Origin: an uncultured Chlamydiae bacterium
GTDB taxonomy: Bacteria > Chlamydiota > Chlamydiia > Chlamydiales > Parachlamydiaceae
Length of the DNA stretch: 64,000 bases
NCBI GenBank assembly: GCA_963754655.1
Contig: CAVWGN010000001.1
Location: 2,144,001-2,208,000, forward strand
Reading direction: 5' to 3'
The notes below the pieces were generated by a model, which was not told where the DNA came from, did not search any database, and was given only the letters and a program-made list of their open reading frames with translations. This document shows positions 48,339 through 59,364 of the stretch, piece by piece. The position numbers and the translations under genes were made by a program. Position 1 is the first letter of the stretch. Each line of letters starts with the position of its first letter.

Positions 48339-48836
48339 ATGCAAAGTTACACAGTGATTAAAAAGCCCTCTCAAATAGTTATGGGTATTGAATGTCGAAC
48401 CTCTAACGATCCTCAGGCAGGCCCTTATGATATTCCACGCCATTGGAAAAAGTTTTATAGTGAAGACATTATCGATCAAATTCCGAATAAAATTTCCAAT
48501 GAAATCATTGCTCTTTATTGCGATTATGAAGGCGATTATACCCAGCCCTATTCATTAGTTATTGGCTGTCCTGTGACTTCTCTTGATCTTATCCCTATAG
48601 GAATGGTCGCTAAAATTATTCCAGCTGGATCCTATGCAGTTTTTCGTGCAATAGGAGATTATCCTCAAAGTTTAGTTGAGACTTGGGGACAGATTTGGCA
48701 GCATGTAGACTTAGAACGCACCTATACTGGCGATTACGAGTTATATGTGAATCCATTCACCTCAGAATCAACTCAGGAAGTAGAAGTCTTTATCGCTATC
48801 CAGCGCACATCACTTTCGCAGAAATTGAGCAAATGA
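48339..48836 (+). CDS. GyrI-like small-molecule-binding domain protein
   Basis: GIECRTSN, ALYCDYEGD, IPAGSYAVF, RTYTGDYELY, VEVFIAI. Confidence 0.88.
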   Translation: MQSYTVIKKPSQIVMGIECRTSNDPQAGPYDIPRHWKKFYSEDIIDQIPNKISNEIIALYCDYEGDYTQPYSLVIGCPVTSLDLIPIGMVAKIIPAGSYAVFRAIGDYPQSLVETWGQIWQHVDLERTYTGDYELYVNPFTSESTQEVEVFIAIQRTSLSQKLSK

Positions 48837-48902
48837 CTCAAAAGAACAAACGGCTGTTTTCTGCTATTAAAGCATTGAACCTGCCAAAGCCGGCTTAGCT
48901 TT

Positions 48903-49658
48903 TCACTCATGATCATGGCCGTGTTTTGCATTTGCTTGTTGGACCGTGACAGCAATGTGAGCAATATAATAAAGAGAGGTTCCTTCAAAGCCAGAGTCTG
49001 TGCCTACAAAAAGCCACAAACGTCCTTTACTATCTGTTTTCATTCTTAAAGGGTTGCCCTCATTTGTGAACTCTTTAGGCTCAAATTGAGGATTTGAGGG
49101 ATTGACCAAAGAATTAGCTAAGTTGCCTACGACAATGGCATTGTTTCCTCCCTGCGATTGTTCACCCTTATCTACATTCAAGCCATAGGTGCCATTGATA
49201 TCGACCTTATGCGGCTCTATTTTTGATGCTCCAACTTTAAAGTAAACACTTTCACCTGGAGAGCCACCAATACCTATTAATCCGGGAGGAATATCGTTCT
49301 CGATTAGAACATCAAAGGTTAAATCATAGAAAGTATGGGGTTTTAATCCTTTAACCTGACGTTTGATAAACATAAATAAATCATCGCTGTGATTATTTCC
49401 TGTTAAAAATATTCCCTGAGTTAGAATGCGTCCATTAAGCGGTAAGGCAGCCGGAAGAGTAGTCCATCCCCAGGCTAATTCAAAAAAAGCTTCTTGTCCG
49501 ACAGGATAATCAGCAAAATCTCCTTGCCAGCCTTGATTATTCACTGAAAAGTCAAACTTAAAATGCGTTGACTTAGCTTCCACCTGAAAAGATGAGAAAA
49601 TCAAGCAAACGGTAAATAGAAGAAAAAGAGAAAATTTATAAAATACATTCATGATCAT
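48903..49658 (-). CDS. secreted hypothetical protein
   Basis: Signal peptide ending VEA-K; beta-rich with GNNHSDDLFMF and GTDSGFEG blocks. Confidence 0.75.
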   Translation of the reverse strand: MIMNVFYKFSLFLLFTVCLIFSSFQVEAKSTHFKFDFSVNNQGWQGDFADYPVGQEAFFELAWGWTTLPAALPLNGRILTQGIFLTGNNHSDDLFMFIKRQVKGLKPHTFYDLTFDVLIENDIPPGLIGIGGSPGESVYFKVGASKIEPHKVDINGTYGLNVDKGEQSQGGNNAIVVGNLANSLVNPSNPQFEPKEFTNEGNPLRMKTDSKGRLWLFVGTDSGFEGTSLYYIAHIAVTVQQANAKHGHDHE

Positions 49659-49857
49659 TATCCTTTTATTTATGAGAAGACTCAGGATTTATTGAGCAGT
49701 TTATCAAACGGTCTGGATTGATACAAAACCGTTTCCTCTCGAATAGGCGCAATATGCCCCTATCTTGTTCGATTTTTATTACACTAGCATTCTCATAATT
49801 TTCTAGTCGAGGAGCTTTATCTAGAGTAGAAAAGAATGATTTTGGATGAGCAGTTTT

Positions 49858-51729
49858 TTATCCTTCTTCTTTTCTCCCTTGAAAGAAGGCTTGTAAAGCT
49901 GCAATATTAACCTCTGAAATGCCCTTTACTTGTCTCAATTCCTCGGCACTTGCTATTTCAACTTTCTTTAGACTTCCAAGATGAGTTAAAAGTGCTTTGC
50001 GCTTGACAGGACCAATCCCTGGAATATCATCAAGAGTACTACGTAAAGTTTGCTTAGAACGTCGCTTGCGATGAAAGGCAATTGCTACACGATGAGCTTC
50101 ATCACGAATCTTTTGCAACAAAAAGAGAACCGGAGAATTTCTTTTCAAAATAATAGGGTCTTTGCGATCTGGCAAAAAGACCTGCTCTTCTGTCATTCCT
50201 TTATCATGTCTTCCCTGTTCTTTAGCTAAGCCGATAAGATCGACTCCGGTAACATTGAGTTCTTCGAAAACCTTTAAAGCAACGTTTAATTGACCTTTTC
50301 CGCCATCAACAATGACTAGATCGGGTAAGTCATTTTCTTGCTTCGCACGCTTATAGCGACGCATCAACGCCTCGTGCATAGCCACATAGTCATCGGGTTT
50401 GGTCCCCATTTTCAACCGATAAGTGCGATAACGTTTGCTGTCTTTGATTCCATCGGTAAAGACGACCAAGGAAGAAACGGGCTCCGATCCGGCAATATGA
50501 GAGTTATCAATACATTCAATTCGAGAAGGATAGCGAGTGAGTTCCAATTGCTCTTGCATTTCCAATAAAGTTTTTTCACGCAAAGTCTCTTCATTTTTTT
50601 GCGACTTAAAAAGAGCTTCAGCATTCGCTTGCGCCATATCCAATAAAGCTTTTTTTTCTCCTCGCTGCGGCACATGCAGAGTCACTTTACGGTTTTGCCG
50701 TCCAGATAAAATTTCTTCAATACTTTCACGATCGCTTGAAATTGTGGGCAAAAGAAGGGCAGGAGGAATTTCTATTGGCCCTTCATAATATTGCAAGATA
50801 AAAGAACCGAGCAATTCAGCATCCTCTTCTACACTGTTGTGAAAATCAAATTGACGTGATCCAATCAATCTCCCCCCTCGAAACAGAAGTTGAACTAAAA
50901 GAACTTCTTCTCCATGGCGATAAATGCCAATTGCATCAACATCAGGGCCTAAAGGACGGTCAACATGTTGGCTTTCAATTGTTTTTTCAATATGGCGAAT
51001 AGCCTTAAAAATTTGCGCAGCCCTTTCAAACTCTAAATTCTCAGACAAACGATTCATTTCTTCATAGAGATCTTTTAAAACTTCCTTGTCTTGACCACGT
51101 AAAAACTTAATCGTTCTTTCTAAATGATGATGATATTCTTCTTGGGTACATTTTTGTGCACAAGGGCCAGCACAGCGCTTCATTTGATAGAGAAGGCAGG
51201 GACGGCGGATACGTCGGGCCAGTTCTTGATTAGAACACTGCCTCAAGGGAAAAAGACGATTCAACAATTCTAATGTTTGACGTGCAGCTTGAGCACTCGT
51301 ATAAGGACCAAAATAGAGCCCATCAGGTTCAGGCGAACCACGATAGCGCACGAGTTTAACAGTAGGCCAAGATTCCTGAAGGTCAATTTTTAAAGCAATA
51401 TAGCTTTTATCATCTTTAAGTAATGCGTTATAGCGCGGCTTATATTGCTTGATCAAGTTATTTTCAAGTAGCAAAGCCTCCTTTTCAGAGGTCACAACAA
51501 TCGTATCAATATGATCAATTTTGGCAACAAGGTAAGGAACCATGAGGCGACCATCGCGTCCTGCTACAAAATATTGCTTGACACGTTGCCTCAAATTTTT
51601 AGCCTTTCCTACATATAAAACTTCCCCTTGCTGATCTTTCATAAGATAAACGCCAGGCTGCATAGGAAAAAAATTGATCTTTTTGGGGTCAAAAGACATA
51701 AATCCATCAATATTAGTAAGATCGTTCAA
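49858..51729 (-). CDS. uvrC: excinuclease ABC subunit C (true start may be 51699)
   Basis: PGVYLM, YVGKAKNLR, RIECIDNSH, VDGGKGQL, RDEAHR, HhH IPGIGP. Confidence 0.98.
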   Translation of the reverse strand: MNDLTNIDGFMSFDPKKINFFPMQPGVYLMKDQQGEVLYVGKAKNLRQRVKQYFVAGRDGRLMVPYLVAKIDHIDTIVVTSEKEALLLENNLIKQYKPRYNALLKDDKSYIALKIDLQESWPTVKLVRYRGSPEPDGLYFGPYTSAQAARQTLELLNRLFPLRQCSNQELARRIRRPCLLYQMKRCAGPCAQKCTQEEYHHHLERTIKFLRGQDKEVLKDLYEEMNRLSENLEFERAAQIFKAIRHIEKTIESQHVDRPLGPDVDAIGIYRHGEEVLLVQLLFRGGRLIGSRQFDFHNSVEEDAELLGSFILQYYEGPIEIPPALLLPTISSDRESIEEILSGRQNRKVTLHVPQRGEKKALLDMAQANAEALFKSQKNEETLREKTLLEMQEQLELTRYPSRIECIDNSHIAGSEPVSSLVVFTDGIKDSKRYRTYRLKMGTKPDDYVAMHEALMRRYKRAKQENDLPDLVIVDGGKGQLNVALKVFEELNVTGVDLIGLAKEQGRHDKGMTEEQVFLPDRKDPIILKRNSPVLFLLQKIRDEAHRVAIAFHRKRRSKQTLRSTLDDIPGIGPVKRKALLTHLGSLKKVEIASAEELRQVKGISEVNIAALQAFFQGRKEEG

Positions 51730-52183
51730 ACTTCATTTGATTTTTGATGGGAGATCTTTTCAATTCTTCTTTTTCTTCGACAATTTTAAGATAGAATTGT
51801 CGAAAGTTATCTTTAAGTCTTCTTCGACAATCCTGTAGATATTCATAAAGTCTTTCCCATTCCCTATCCTTGAGAATTTTCTTTAATGCAATTTGGAAGG
51901 CTTTTTGACTGGTAAAAATCAGCTTTTCATTGCTAATTTCTCTCCAAAGAGTCATCCCCTCTTCTTTTAAATTCTGGACCGTTCGAACAATAAGAGTCTT
52001 ATCGCCTTTAAAATAAGGATCTGTCACCTCTTGAGTAGCCAATCGCCCACGTTGTAAGCGAGTCAAAGAGCGATCGAAAGGGGCCACAACGTTTTTGTCT
52101 TCTCGTTCAATTTTATTGGACGTGAGGACATAGGTATGCGGAAAGTCTGGTCTTCCTGATAAGGAAATAGAATTTATATTCAT
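51713..52183 (-). CDS. hypothetical protein
   Basis: 156-aa ORF with AAGGA RBS, co-oriented between rlmN and uvrC. Confidence 0.6.
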   Translation of the reverse strand: MNINSISLSGRPDFPHTYVLTSNKIEREDKNVVAPFDRSLTRLQRGRLATQEVTDPYFKGDKTLIVRTVQNLKEEGMTLWREISNEKLIFTSQKAFQIALKKILKDREWERLYEYLQDCRRRLKDNFRQFYLKIVEEKEELKRSPIKNQMKFERSY

Positions 52184-52253
52184 AAGAATTCCTTAATCCC
52201 ATCTATGAATTCATACTCCATATTCCTATTTTAACACGGAAAAGAGATTTGTT

Positions 52254-53315
52254 TCAATTTAGAACGGGTAAACGAGAAGCTCCTTGCTTTTCTTGCATGG
52301 CCAATTGACCACAAGCAGCCGCAATATCCTCTCCCTTTGTATAGCGGCAGGTATTGACAATATGAGAACCATAAAGCACGCTACGGAATTGCTTAACTGA
52401 TTTCTTATCTGGACGTTTTAATTTAATCCCAGGAACAGGATTATAAGGAATGAGATTGACTGTGCATTGTTTGCCCTTTAATAGATGTGCTAGCTCTAAA
52501 GCATGGTCGGGGTGATCATTAATGCCAGCTAATAAAGTGTATTCATACGTAATATCACGCTTCGTTTTTTGAGCATATTCATCCATTGCTGCCAAAATAT
52601 CTTCTAATGGATATTTACGTGCATAAGGAATGATCTTTTTGCGAATGTGTTGATTAGGGGCATGTAGAGAAAGAACCAAATTCACTTTAAGTCCCTCTAA
52701 CGACAAACGACGAATCCCCTCCACAATCCCTACTGTAGACACCGTGAGGCGTCTTTGAGAAATATTTAAAAAATCAGGATGACTTAAGAGATAAATGGAC
52801 TTAATAACCGGTTCATAATTTTTAAGTGGCTCCCCCATTCCCATGTAAACAACATGGGAAACCTTTTCGCCCTTGGGAGCCAACCATTGATTAATTTGTA
52901 AAACCTGCTCAATAATTTCAGAGGGTCTTAAATTACGAAAAAACCCCTGCTGCCCTGATGCACAAAACGCACAGCGCGCCGGACATCCCACCTGAGAAGA
53001 CACACAAACCGTACGGCGCGTCCCAGAACAAATTAAAACCGATTCAACCAATTGGCCATCTCGTAGCCGCCAAAGAAATTTAAACGTTTCCCTATCGCTA
53101 GATTCAGTTACTCGTACTCTTTCCAATACCGGTAAACGAATATGAGCACTTAATTTTTCCCTTAGCTCTTTGCTCAAATTCGACATCTCTTGCCAAGATA
53201 ACACTCCCTTTTGGAAAATCCAATCCAAAATCTGCTTGGCATGAAATTCTTTTTCCCCCTGCTCTTTTAACCAGGTCGCCCAGTCTTTGTAATTTAAATC
53301 AGCATAATCTAACAT
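52254..53315 (-). CDS. rlmN: 23S rRNA/tRNA m2A methyltransferase RlmN
   Basis: CVSSQVGCPARCAFC, MGMGEPL, SLHAP, NLIPYN, DIAAACGQL. Confidence 0.97.
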   Translation of the reverse strand: MLDYADLNYKDWATWLKEQGEKEFHAKQILDWIFQKGVLSWQEMSNLSKELREKLSAHIRLPVLERVRVTESSDRETFKFLWRLRDGQLVESVLICSGTRRTVCVSSQVGCPARCAFCASGQQGFFRNLRPSEIIEQVLQINQWLAPKGEKVSHVVYMGMGEPLKNYEPVIKSIYLLSHPDFLNISQRRLTVSTVGIVEGIRRLSLEGLKVNLVLSLHAPNQHIRKKIIPYARKYPLEDILAAMDEYAQKTKRDITYEYTLLAGINDHPDHALELAHLLKGKQCTVNLIPYNPVPGIKLKRPDKKSVKQFRSVLYGSHIVNTCRYTKGEDIAAACGQLAMQEKQGASRLPVLN

Positions 53316-53533
53316 AAAACCAAAATCATAAAAATTTTTAATTTTATGATATCAAAAGTAAAGATATATTTCTAGTTAAACTTCTGCGGTTGAAAAATTG
53401 GATCATTTTCAATTGACTTTTTATTTCATTAAATTATAATGATTCTAGCTTTTCAAATTTTAAAAAAATTTCTAACAAAAAATTAAATTATTATTTATTA
53501 GCTCAATTTCATTAAATAAAATAGGAGAGAACG

Positions 53534-53836
53534 ATGTTAAAAAAGATATTAGTCGGTTGCAGTTTAGCCATTTGCGCCGTTAGCGGCTTACAGGCAATGG
53601 AGCAAGACATTTCTCCTTCTACTCCCCTTGAACAAAACAGCATCGAAAAACAAATTCTTGCAAATGAAGAAAGCGACAAAGATCTTAGTCCTGGCGCCTT
53701 AGTTTGCAATGGCAAGGAAGACAAGTGCACGAAAGAGGGAGATCAAGAAGAAACTTCTTCTTCTATCCTTTTCTCTGTTTTCTGCGAAGATCATGAAGAT
53801 GAAGAAAATCTATTAGCCTGCAAAGATTGCCTATAA
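53534..53836 (+). CDS. small acidic, Cys-containing secreted protein
   Basis: AGGAG RBS, signal peptide ending LQA, C-terminal ACKDCL. Confidence 0.75.
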   Translation: MLKKILVGCSLAICAVSGLQAMEQDISPSTPLEQNSIEKQILANEESDKDLSPGALVCNGKEDKCTKEGDQEETSSSILFSVFCEDHEDEENLLACKDCL

Positions 53837-53867
53837 TTTATCCGAGCGTATAAATAAGACAAAGTCT

Positions 53868-53893
53868 GTCTGCAGAACTTTGCTTTTGCAGAC
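53868..53893. terminator. hairpin between convergent genes, probable terminator
   Basis: GTCTGCAGAA...TTTTGCAGAC followed by a T-run. Confidence 0.5.
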
Positions 53894-53895
53894 TC

Positions 53896-54750
53896 TTATT
53901 TTTTTTCAATAAAAGCCATATGCAGGCGTCTCCACCAAAGTTTGATGAAACGCTTGACATCCTTTTGTCTGATTAACCATTTTATCAGTATCCAAACTCC
54001 AAAATAAGCATACAGAGCTTGACCTGTTTCCCAAAAATGACGAATGACCATGGAACTGGTGACATTGCGTAAGTCAAAATCAATGAAGACTCGGCGCAGT
54101 GAAGCATAACGCAGAGAAGGATGGAGGCAAAAGCGGCAGAAAAAATCGAACCCCCCTTGCATGTAAAAATCGGTTCGAAAGAGGCCTAATATTTCAAACA
54201 AATCTTTTTTAAACCAGCAGGCTTGCAAACTCGTCGGCTGCTGTCCATTTTTTAGAAGGGATAAGGTCAGATGACGATAGAGCAATTTAGCTTCTGAGTG
54301 GCCATCGCGTAATAACGTCGCACAATAGATCAAGTCGGGCATTGACTCTTGGATAGCCAAACTCATCACAGACAAAAGAGTTTTGAGATGAATATAAACA
54401 TCTCCAGGCAACAAGACATTAAGATAACTTCCTTTAGCTAAGGCAATACCTTGATTCAAAATAGAATAAAGATCATAGGTAGGAGCAGAATATAGGCGAA
54501 TATAAGAAGAATAACCATTCAAAACTTCTAACGTGCGATCAGTAGAACCAGCATCAATGACGAGAATTTCATAATGGGGATAGTGTTGTTTGATAATGCT
54601 ATCTAAAGTTAAAGGGAGAATTTGAGAACAGTTAAAAGTAGGCACTAAAACGGTGACAAAGGGTAAAGAAGCGCGATCTACTGATAAAGAAGGTATCAAT
54701 TCTGAAAGAAAAGGATTCATAATGTGACTTTCAATTAAAACTTGTGCCAT
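53896..54750 (-). CDS. GT2 family glycosyltransferase (start uncertain, 54750 or 54720)
   Basis: VTVLVPTFN, EILVIDAGSTDRT, LNQGIALAKGSY. Confidence 0.9.
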   Translation of the reverse strand: MAQVLIESHIMNPFLSELIPSLSVDRASLPFVTVLVPTFNCSQILPLTLDSIIKQHYPHYEILVIDAGSTDRTLEVLNGYSSYIRLYSAPTYDLYSILNQGIALAKGSYLNVLLPGDVYIHLKTLLSVMSLAIQESMPDLIYCATLLRDGHSEAKLLYRHLTLSLLKNGQQPTSLQACWFKKDLFEILGLFRTDFYMQGGFDFFCRFCLHPSLRYASLRRVFIDFDLRNVTSSMVIRHFWETGQALYAYFGVWILIKWLIRQKDVKRFIKLWWRRLHMAFIEKK

Positions 54751-54803
54751 ATAGATAATTATAATAAACTGGATTTTATTAAAACAACAGGCAATAAAAT
54801 AAA

Positions 54804-55943
54804 ATGATTTCATTTAATTCAACAATTACAAACCTAGGCGCATTTAATACATCTATTCTATGGCAAATAGCTGAAAGCTACTGTAATATAGGACAAACAG
54901 CTTATCGAATCGTAAAAATTGAAGGAAAAAGAATTGATTTAGATCCAACCGATTCCAATTCTAATTTTTTAATAACCTTAGCAAAAATCATTTCTTATTT
55001 CAGTTTGATTTTACCCGCAATCGCTTTATGTATTCGGGAAGGGTATCGAAGATCTTATCAATTTGAAATCATACCTAGGCCATTAGATGAATACAATATT
55101 GAAGAAGATGACTTAAAAGACGAGGTAAATGAACGTCCATGCGTTGATACCGCTTATAAAATAGAAGAAGTCATTACCCAACTTCAACAAGCTCAAAAGG
55201 AAGGAGAATTCAAGCTTGGACTTTTTGTGGGAAGAAGTCAGGATGAAACTATTCCTCAAGAAGAAGGCTGGCTATGGTGCAGTCTAGATAGTAAAGAGAT
55301 CACATCTTCTTTGCATAAACGATTGCATCTATGCATGGATTTTAATGATCAAGAGGAAATGCAAAAAATTCAAAGGCTATTTGATAAGGTGGTTTCTGAT
55401 TTCAGCGTCCTTAAATTCTTTCGTTCTCCATGGAAAACACTCAAAAGCCTCTTAGCGAACAAACCAGATGCTGAATTAGTTGCAGAAGGTTGGGCAGGTT
55501 TTTCAATAGTTAAGTCTATTAATCATCCTATTTACCAAGCGGCACATGCAACGATGGTCACTCCAATCAGTGATATTACGAATTACCATCAAGAAGAAGA
55601 AAGAGTGTTTAATCAATGGAAACAAAACATAGGCGAACAAGCTGTAAATGAACACTATCAAAAATTTCTGACAGACATGCCGGAAGATGAAAAACAAGAA
55701 ACATTACGGATGTATTCAGGAAGTGACCAGGGATTACAATTAAACTTTATGCGCACTATATTGAAACAGAATGGTTTGACACCTCAAAAAATGGACCGTG
55801 TTCCCGAACTTTTAGCAAAAATTAAAGCCTATCTTTTGAGAGATTTTGAAGAAGTCACATTGATGAATGGAGTCTATCCCTATAGAGATAAAAAGGAAGA
55901 AATCATCACTGAGTATTGGATTGCACGCCATCCATTAAATTAA
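54804..55943 (+). CDS. hypothetical protein with chlamydial-type hydrophobic N-terminal domain
   Basis: LITLAKIISYFSLILPAIAL segment resembles chlamydial DUF648-type N-termini. Confidence 0.7.
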   Translation: MISFNSTITNLGAFNTSILWQIAESYCNIGQTAYRIVKIEGKRIDLDPTDSNSNFLITLAKIISYFSLILPAIALCIREGYRRSYQFEIIPRPLDEYNIEEDDLKDEVNERPCVDTAYKIEEVITQLQQAQKEGEFKLGLFVGRSQDETIPQEEGWLWCSLDSKEITSSLHKRLHLCMDFNDQEEMQKIQRLFDKVVSDFSVLKFFRSPWKTLKSLLANKPDAELVAEGWAGFSIVKSINHPIYQAAHATMVTPISDITNYHQEEERVFNQWKQNIGEQAVNEHYQKFLTDMPEDEKQETLRMYSGSDQGLQLNFMRTILKQNGLTPQKMDRVPELLAKIKAYLLRDFEEVTLMNGVYPYRDKKEEIITEYWIARHPLN

Positions 55944-56026
55944 TCAATAGATCTATAAAAATAGATCTATAAAATATGAGTTGCGTTTGATGTAAAAATC
56001 TGTTGGAATTAGATGGTTCTCTTGTA

Positions 56027-56107
56027 GTCCTTCAGACTACATGACGAGGGGGCCATCTAACCCAGGGCGATGCTTTGGGCTATTTCTATTTGAAGCCCTT
56101 CAGGCTT
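56027..56107. repeat. single REP-like unit related to family A internal units
   Basis: GTCCTTCAGACT...AACCCAGGGCGATGCTTTGGGCT...GCCCTTCAGGC has the same layout as GTCCTTTCAGGACT...AACCCAGG...CTGGGCT...GCCCTTCAGGC. Confidence 0.55.
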
Positions 56108-56117
56108 AAAGGCGCAT

Positions 56118-56208
56118 AAAAACTATAAAGGATAAAGACTCGCTTTGAGCATGTCCTAACCATACCAAAAACTATAAAGTCTAAAGATGCACTCTGAGCA
56201 TGTTCTAA
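56118..56208. repeat. imperfect ~42-bp direct repeat upstream of glyQS
   Basis: AAAAACTATAAAG..TAAAGA....CT.TGAGCATGT.CTAA occurs twice. Confidence 0.6.
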
Positions 56209-56274
56209 AAATGCTAAGCAATTGAGATAAATACCTTTCCCATGTAAAATGATTCCTTTTATCTAAGGAAGCAT

Positions 56275-59200
56275 ATGATTACCTTTCAAGAATTTCTAAA
56301 TAGACTCACCGCTTTTTGGGAAAAACAAGGCTGCATTATTCATCAGGGATACGACTTGGAAGTGGGGGCCGGAACATTCAACCCTGCCACTTTTCTGCGT
56401 TGCCTGGGTCCTGAACCTTATCGAGCTGCTTATATCGAGCCCTGCCGCCGCCCAACCGATGGGCGCTATGGAACTAACCCCAATCGTCTACAGCACTATT
56501 TCCAATATCAGGTGATTCTAAAACCTTCGCCGGACAATATTCAAGATTTATACTTGCAATCATTGGAAGCACTAGGATTCAATCTAAAAGAACATGATAT
56601 TCGCTTTGTACATGATGACTGGGAATCTCCCACATTGGGAGCTTGGGGACTTGGATGGGAAATCTGGATGGATGGGATGGAAATCACTCAATTCACCTAT
56701 TTCCAAGCAGTAGGAGGAGTGGAACTTAAGCCCATTACAGGAGAAATTACCTATGGAATTGAACGTCTTGCCATGTATCTTCAGAAAGTCAATAGCATTT
56801 TCGATCTGCAATGGAATCAGGAGCTCACTTATGGCGATATTTATCATCGCAATGAAATAGAATGGAGCCATTACAATTTTGAAAAAGCTTCTACTGCGAT
56901 GTGGCAAAAGCACTTCGAAGATTACGAAAAAGAAGCCAACAAGTTGATTGCAGAACATCTTTCCATTCCTGCTTATGATTTTGTGATGAAAGCTTCTCAT
57001 GCTTTTAATCTTTTAGATGCCCGTGGAGCGATTTCTGTCACTGAGCGAACAGGCTATATTGCCCGGATACGTGATTTAGCCCGTCAAATTGCTGAAACTT
57101 ACATCACAAGCCGCGAAAAACAGGGCTATCCCCTTTTAGCACGTGCCAAAGCCAAGCAAAAACCTTTTTCACCGCTTTCTAAGGATAAACTTTTACTATC
57201 GGAAACACTTCTTAATGCCCATCCAGATCGCAAAGAAGATTATCTTTTAGAAATTGGATCAGAAGAGCTGCCGGCGAGCTTTGTCACGATTGGAGGTCAG
57301 AATTTAGAAAAGCAAATACGCGCATTGTTGGAAAAAGAAGCAATTGCCTTTGAACACATCAGCGTTTACTCCACACCTCGACGCTTAGCGGTCTACGTCC
57401 ATCAATTAGCAATGGGCAAGCCGGCTCAAAGCATTGAAAAAAAAGGTCCCTCAATTGAACAAGCGTTTTCGCCCGATGGTCAGCTCAAGGCTGCTGGAGA
57501 AGGCTTTTTCCGCTCTCTTGGGATTCCAGCTCCAACGTTAGAATCTATCCAGCTAGGTCAAATTTCCGGACTAGAAATGCGTTCTATTAAAGGCTCTTCC
57601 TATTTATTTGGCACTCTCCATCAAAAAGGAAGAGCAACAGCTGTCATCTTGCAAGAACAATTACCTGCTTTGATTCTCAATTTAGAATTTCCCAAGAAAA
57701 TGCGCTGGGGAGAGGTCGACATCACATATGCTCGCCCGCTTCATTGGATTGTTTCGCTTTTTGGCCAAGAGGAAATTCCTTTTCAAGTAGGTCCCCTTCA
57801 AGCTGGACGAACCACTTATGGTCATCGTCTCTTGGCTCCTCAGGCAAATTCTCTCAGGAGAGCGCAAGATTACGTTCAGACTCTCAGTAATTTGTTTGTC
57901 ATGGCAGATTCCAAGAAAAGAGAACAAAGTATTCAAGCCCAGTTAAATGATTTAGAGACTCAACTTAAAGTGAAGATTATTGAACGCGAGCGCGTCATCC
58001 CCCAAGTTCTCAATTTAGTCGAATGGCCGCATCTCACTTCTGCCACTTTCCGACCCGAATTCCTCCGAGCTCCCAAAGAAGTATTGATTTCAGAAATGGT
58101 GGAACATCAAAAATATTTTCCTGTCATCAATCCAGACGGTTCTTTAAAAAATTTATTTATTATTACGGCTAACGTTCCTCCGACTGATCAAATCAGACAA
58201 GGCAATCAACGCGTTTTATCTGCTCGCTTATCAGATGGCGTCTTTCTTTATGAAGAAGATCTCAAATTACGTTTAGAAGATTTTAACGAGAAACTTAAGA
58301 AAGTCACGTTTCAAAAGGAGTTGGGAACAGTCTATCAAAAAGTCGAGCGCATTCTTGCTCATGCCCAGATAATCCAACACATGCTGAAGATTGGCATTCC
58401 GGCCCAAGTTGCACGCGCTGCTTTACTTTCCAAAGCTGATCTAGCCTCTAATATGGTCTATGAATTTCCGGAGTTACAAGGGATAATGGGCACTTATTAT
58501 GCTATCGCGCAGGGAGAAGATCTGGAAGTGGCAAAAGCCATTGACGAGCATTGGATGCCGCGTGGCGAAAACGCTCCATTGCCCGAAACAGAAACAGGAA
58601 CTATTATTAGCTTATCAGATAAATTCGATAACTTATTAGGCTGTTTTAGTTTAGGCTTGAAGCCAACTTCTTCTAGCGATCCTTATGCTTTGCGTCGCCA
58701 GGTTCTTGGAATGATTAAAATTTTGATTAAAGGCAAATATGCGTTGCCGCTCCGCGAATGCCTGCTAGCTTGTGCTGATCATTTTTCTTCGTCTATCATA
58801 AGAAACAAACAGGAAGTCATTGATGAGATTTTAGCTTTTATTACGAATCGGATTAAAACTGTCTTTCAAGAATATGGCTTTCAAAAAGATGAAATTGAGG
58901 CTAGTCTGGCCTATGGCTGTCACGACATTTATGATACGTTTTGTCGAGTCAAAGCGCTGCACGAATTTCGCAAACAAGCCAAAACACAATTTATCTCGCT
59001 ATATGAAGTGTATAAGCGCGCCAAAGGACAACTCAATGGCCATCAAACCAAACATGTCATTCAGGAACACTTGATCGAACCTGCTGAACAACAGCTAAAC
59101 ACTCTTTTAAATTGCCAGCATAGCGCATTCCAAGAGGCTCTGACCAAGCGTGATTATCATCGCGCCTATGCCTTGATTGCGACCATTCAACCTGCTTTAG

Positions 59201-59340
59201 CAGATTTATTTGATCAAGTGAAAATTTTGACAGATGATTCTAAAATTAGAGAAAATCGTTTGGCTTTATTGCACCGTGTTTTTAATTTGTTTAATGAGAT
59301 GTTAGATTTCAGTAAGATTCAATTAACAGAGCAAGGCTAA
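56275..59340 (+). CDS. glyQS: glycine--tRNA ligase, fused alpha/beta subunits
   Basis: Alpha motifs GAGTFNP and GLGWEIW and beta motifs [10 protein letters not shown] and [10 protein letters not shown] in one 1021-aa ORF. Confidence 0.98.
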   Translation: MITFQEFLNRLTAFWEKQGCIIHQGYDLEVGAGTFNPATFLRCLGPEPYRAAYIEPCRRPTDGRYGTNPNRLQHYFQYQVILKPSPDNIQDLYLQSLEALGFNLKEHDIRFVHDDWESPTLGAWGLGWEIWMDGMEITQFTYFQAVGGVELKPITGEITYGIERLAMYLQKVNSIFDLQWNQELTYGDIYHRNEIEWSHYNFEKASTAMWQKHFEDYEKEANKLIAEHLSIPAYDFVMKASHAFNLLDARGAISVTERTGYIARIRDLARQIAETYITSREKQGYPLLARAKAKQKPFSPLSKDKLLLSETLLNAHPDRKEDYLLEIGSEELPASFVTIGGQNLEKQIRALLEKEAIAFEHISVYSTPRRLAVYVHQLAMGKPAQSIEKKGPSIEQAFSPDGQLKAAGEGFFRSLGIPAPTLESIQLGQISGLEMRSIKGSSYLFGTLHQKGRATAVILQEQLPALILNLEFPKKMRWGEVDITYARPLHWIVSLFGQEEIPFQVGPLQAGRTTYGHRLLAPQANSLRRAQDYVQTLSNLFVMADSKKREQSIQAQLNDLETQLKVKIIERERVIPQVLNLVEWPHLTSATFRPEFLRAPKEVLISEMVEHQKYFPVINPDGSLKNLFIITANVPPTDQIRQGNQRVLSARLSDGVFLYEEDLKLRLEDFNEKLKKVTFQKELGTVYQKVERILAHAQIIQHMLKIGIPAQVARAALLSKADLASNMVYEFPELQGIMGTYYAIAQGEDLEVAKAIDEHWMPRGENAPLPETETGTIISLSDKFDNLLGCFSLGLKPTSSSDPYALRRQVLGMIKILIKGKYALPLRECLLACADHFSSSIIRNKQEVIDEILAFITNRIKTVFQEYGFQKDEIEASLAYGCHDIYDTFCRVKALHEFRKQAKTQFISLYEVYKRAKGQLNGHQTKHVIQEHLIEPAEQQLNTLLNCQHSAFQEALTKRDYHRAYALIATIQPALADLFDQVKILTDDSKIRENRLALLHRVFNLFNEMLDFSKIQLTEQG

Positions 59341-59364
59341 TCGCTTCTAAATTATTGCCACCAT

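Noticed and set aside
47037..49700. Prophage or integrative element at tRNA-Val
   Set aside because: No integrase, no duplicated tRNA 3' end, and the accessory genes lie on the 5' side of the tRNA
40960..58000. Short ORFs antisense to or nested in waaC, rluA, pheS, infC, the thrS-like gene, uvrC and glyQS
   Set aside because: Fully overlap well-supported genes and show no motifs
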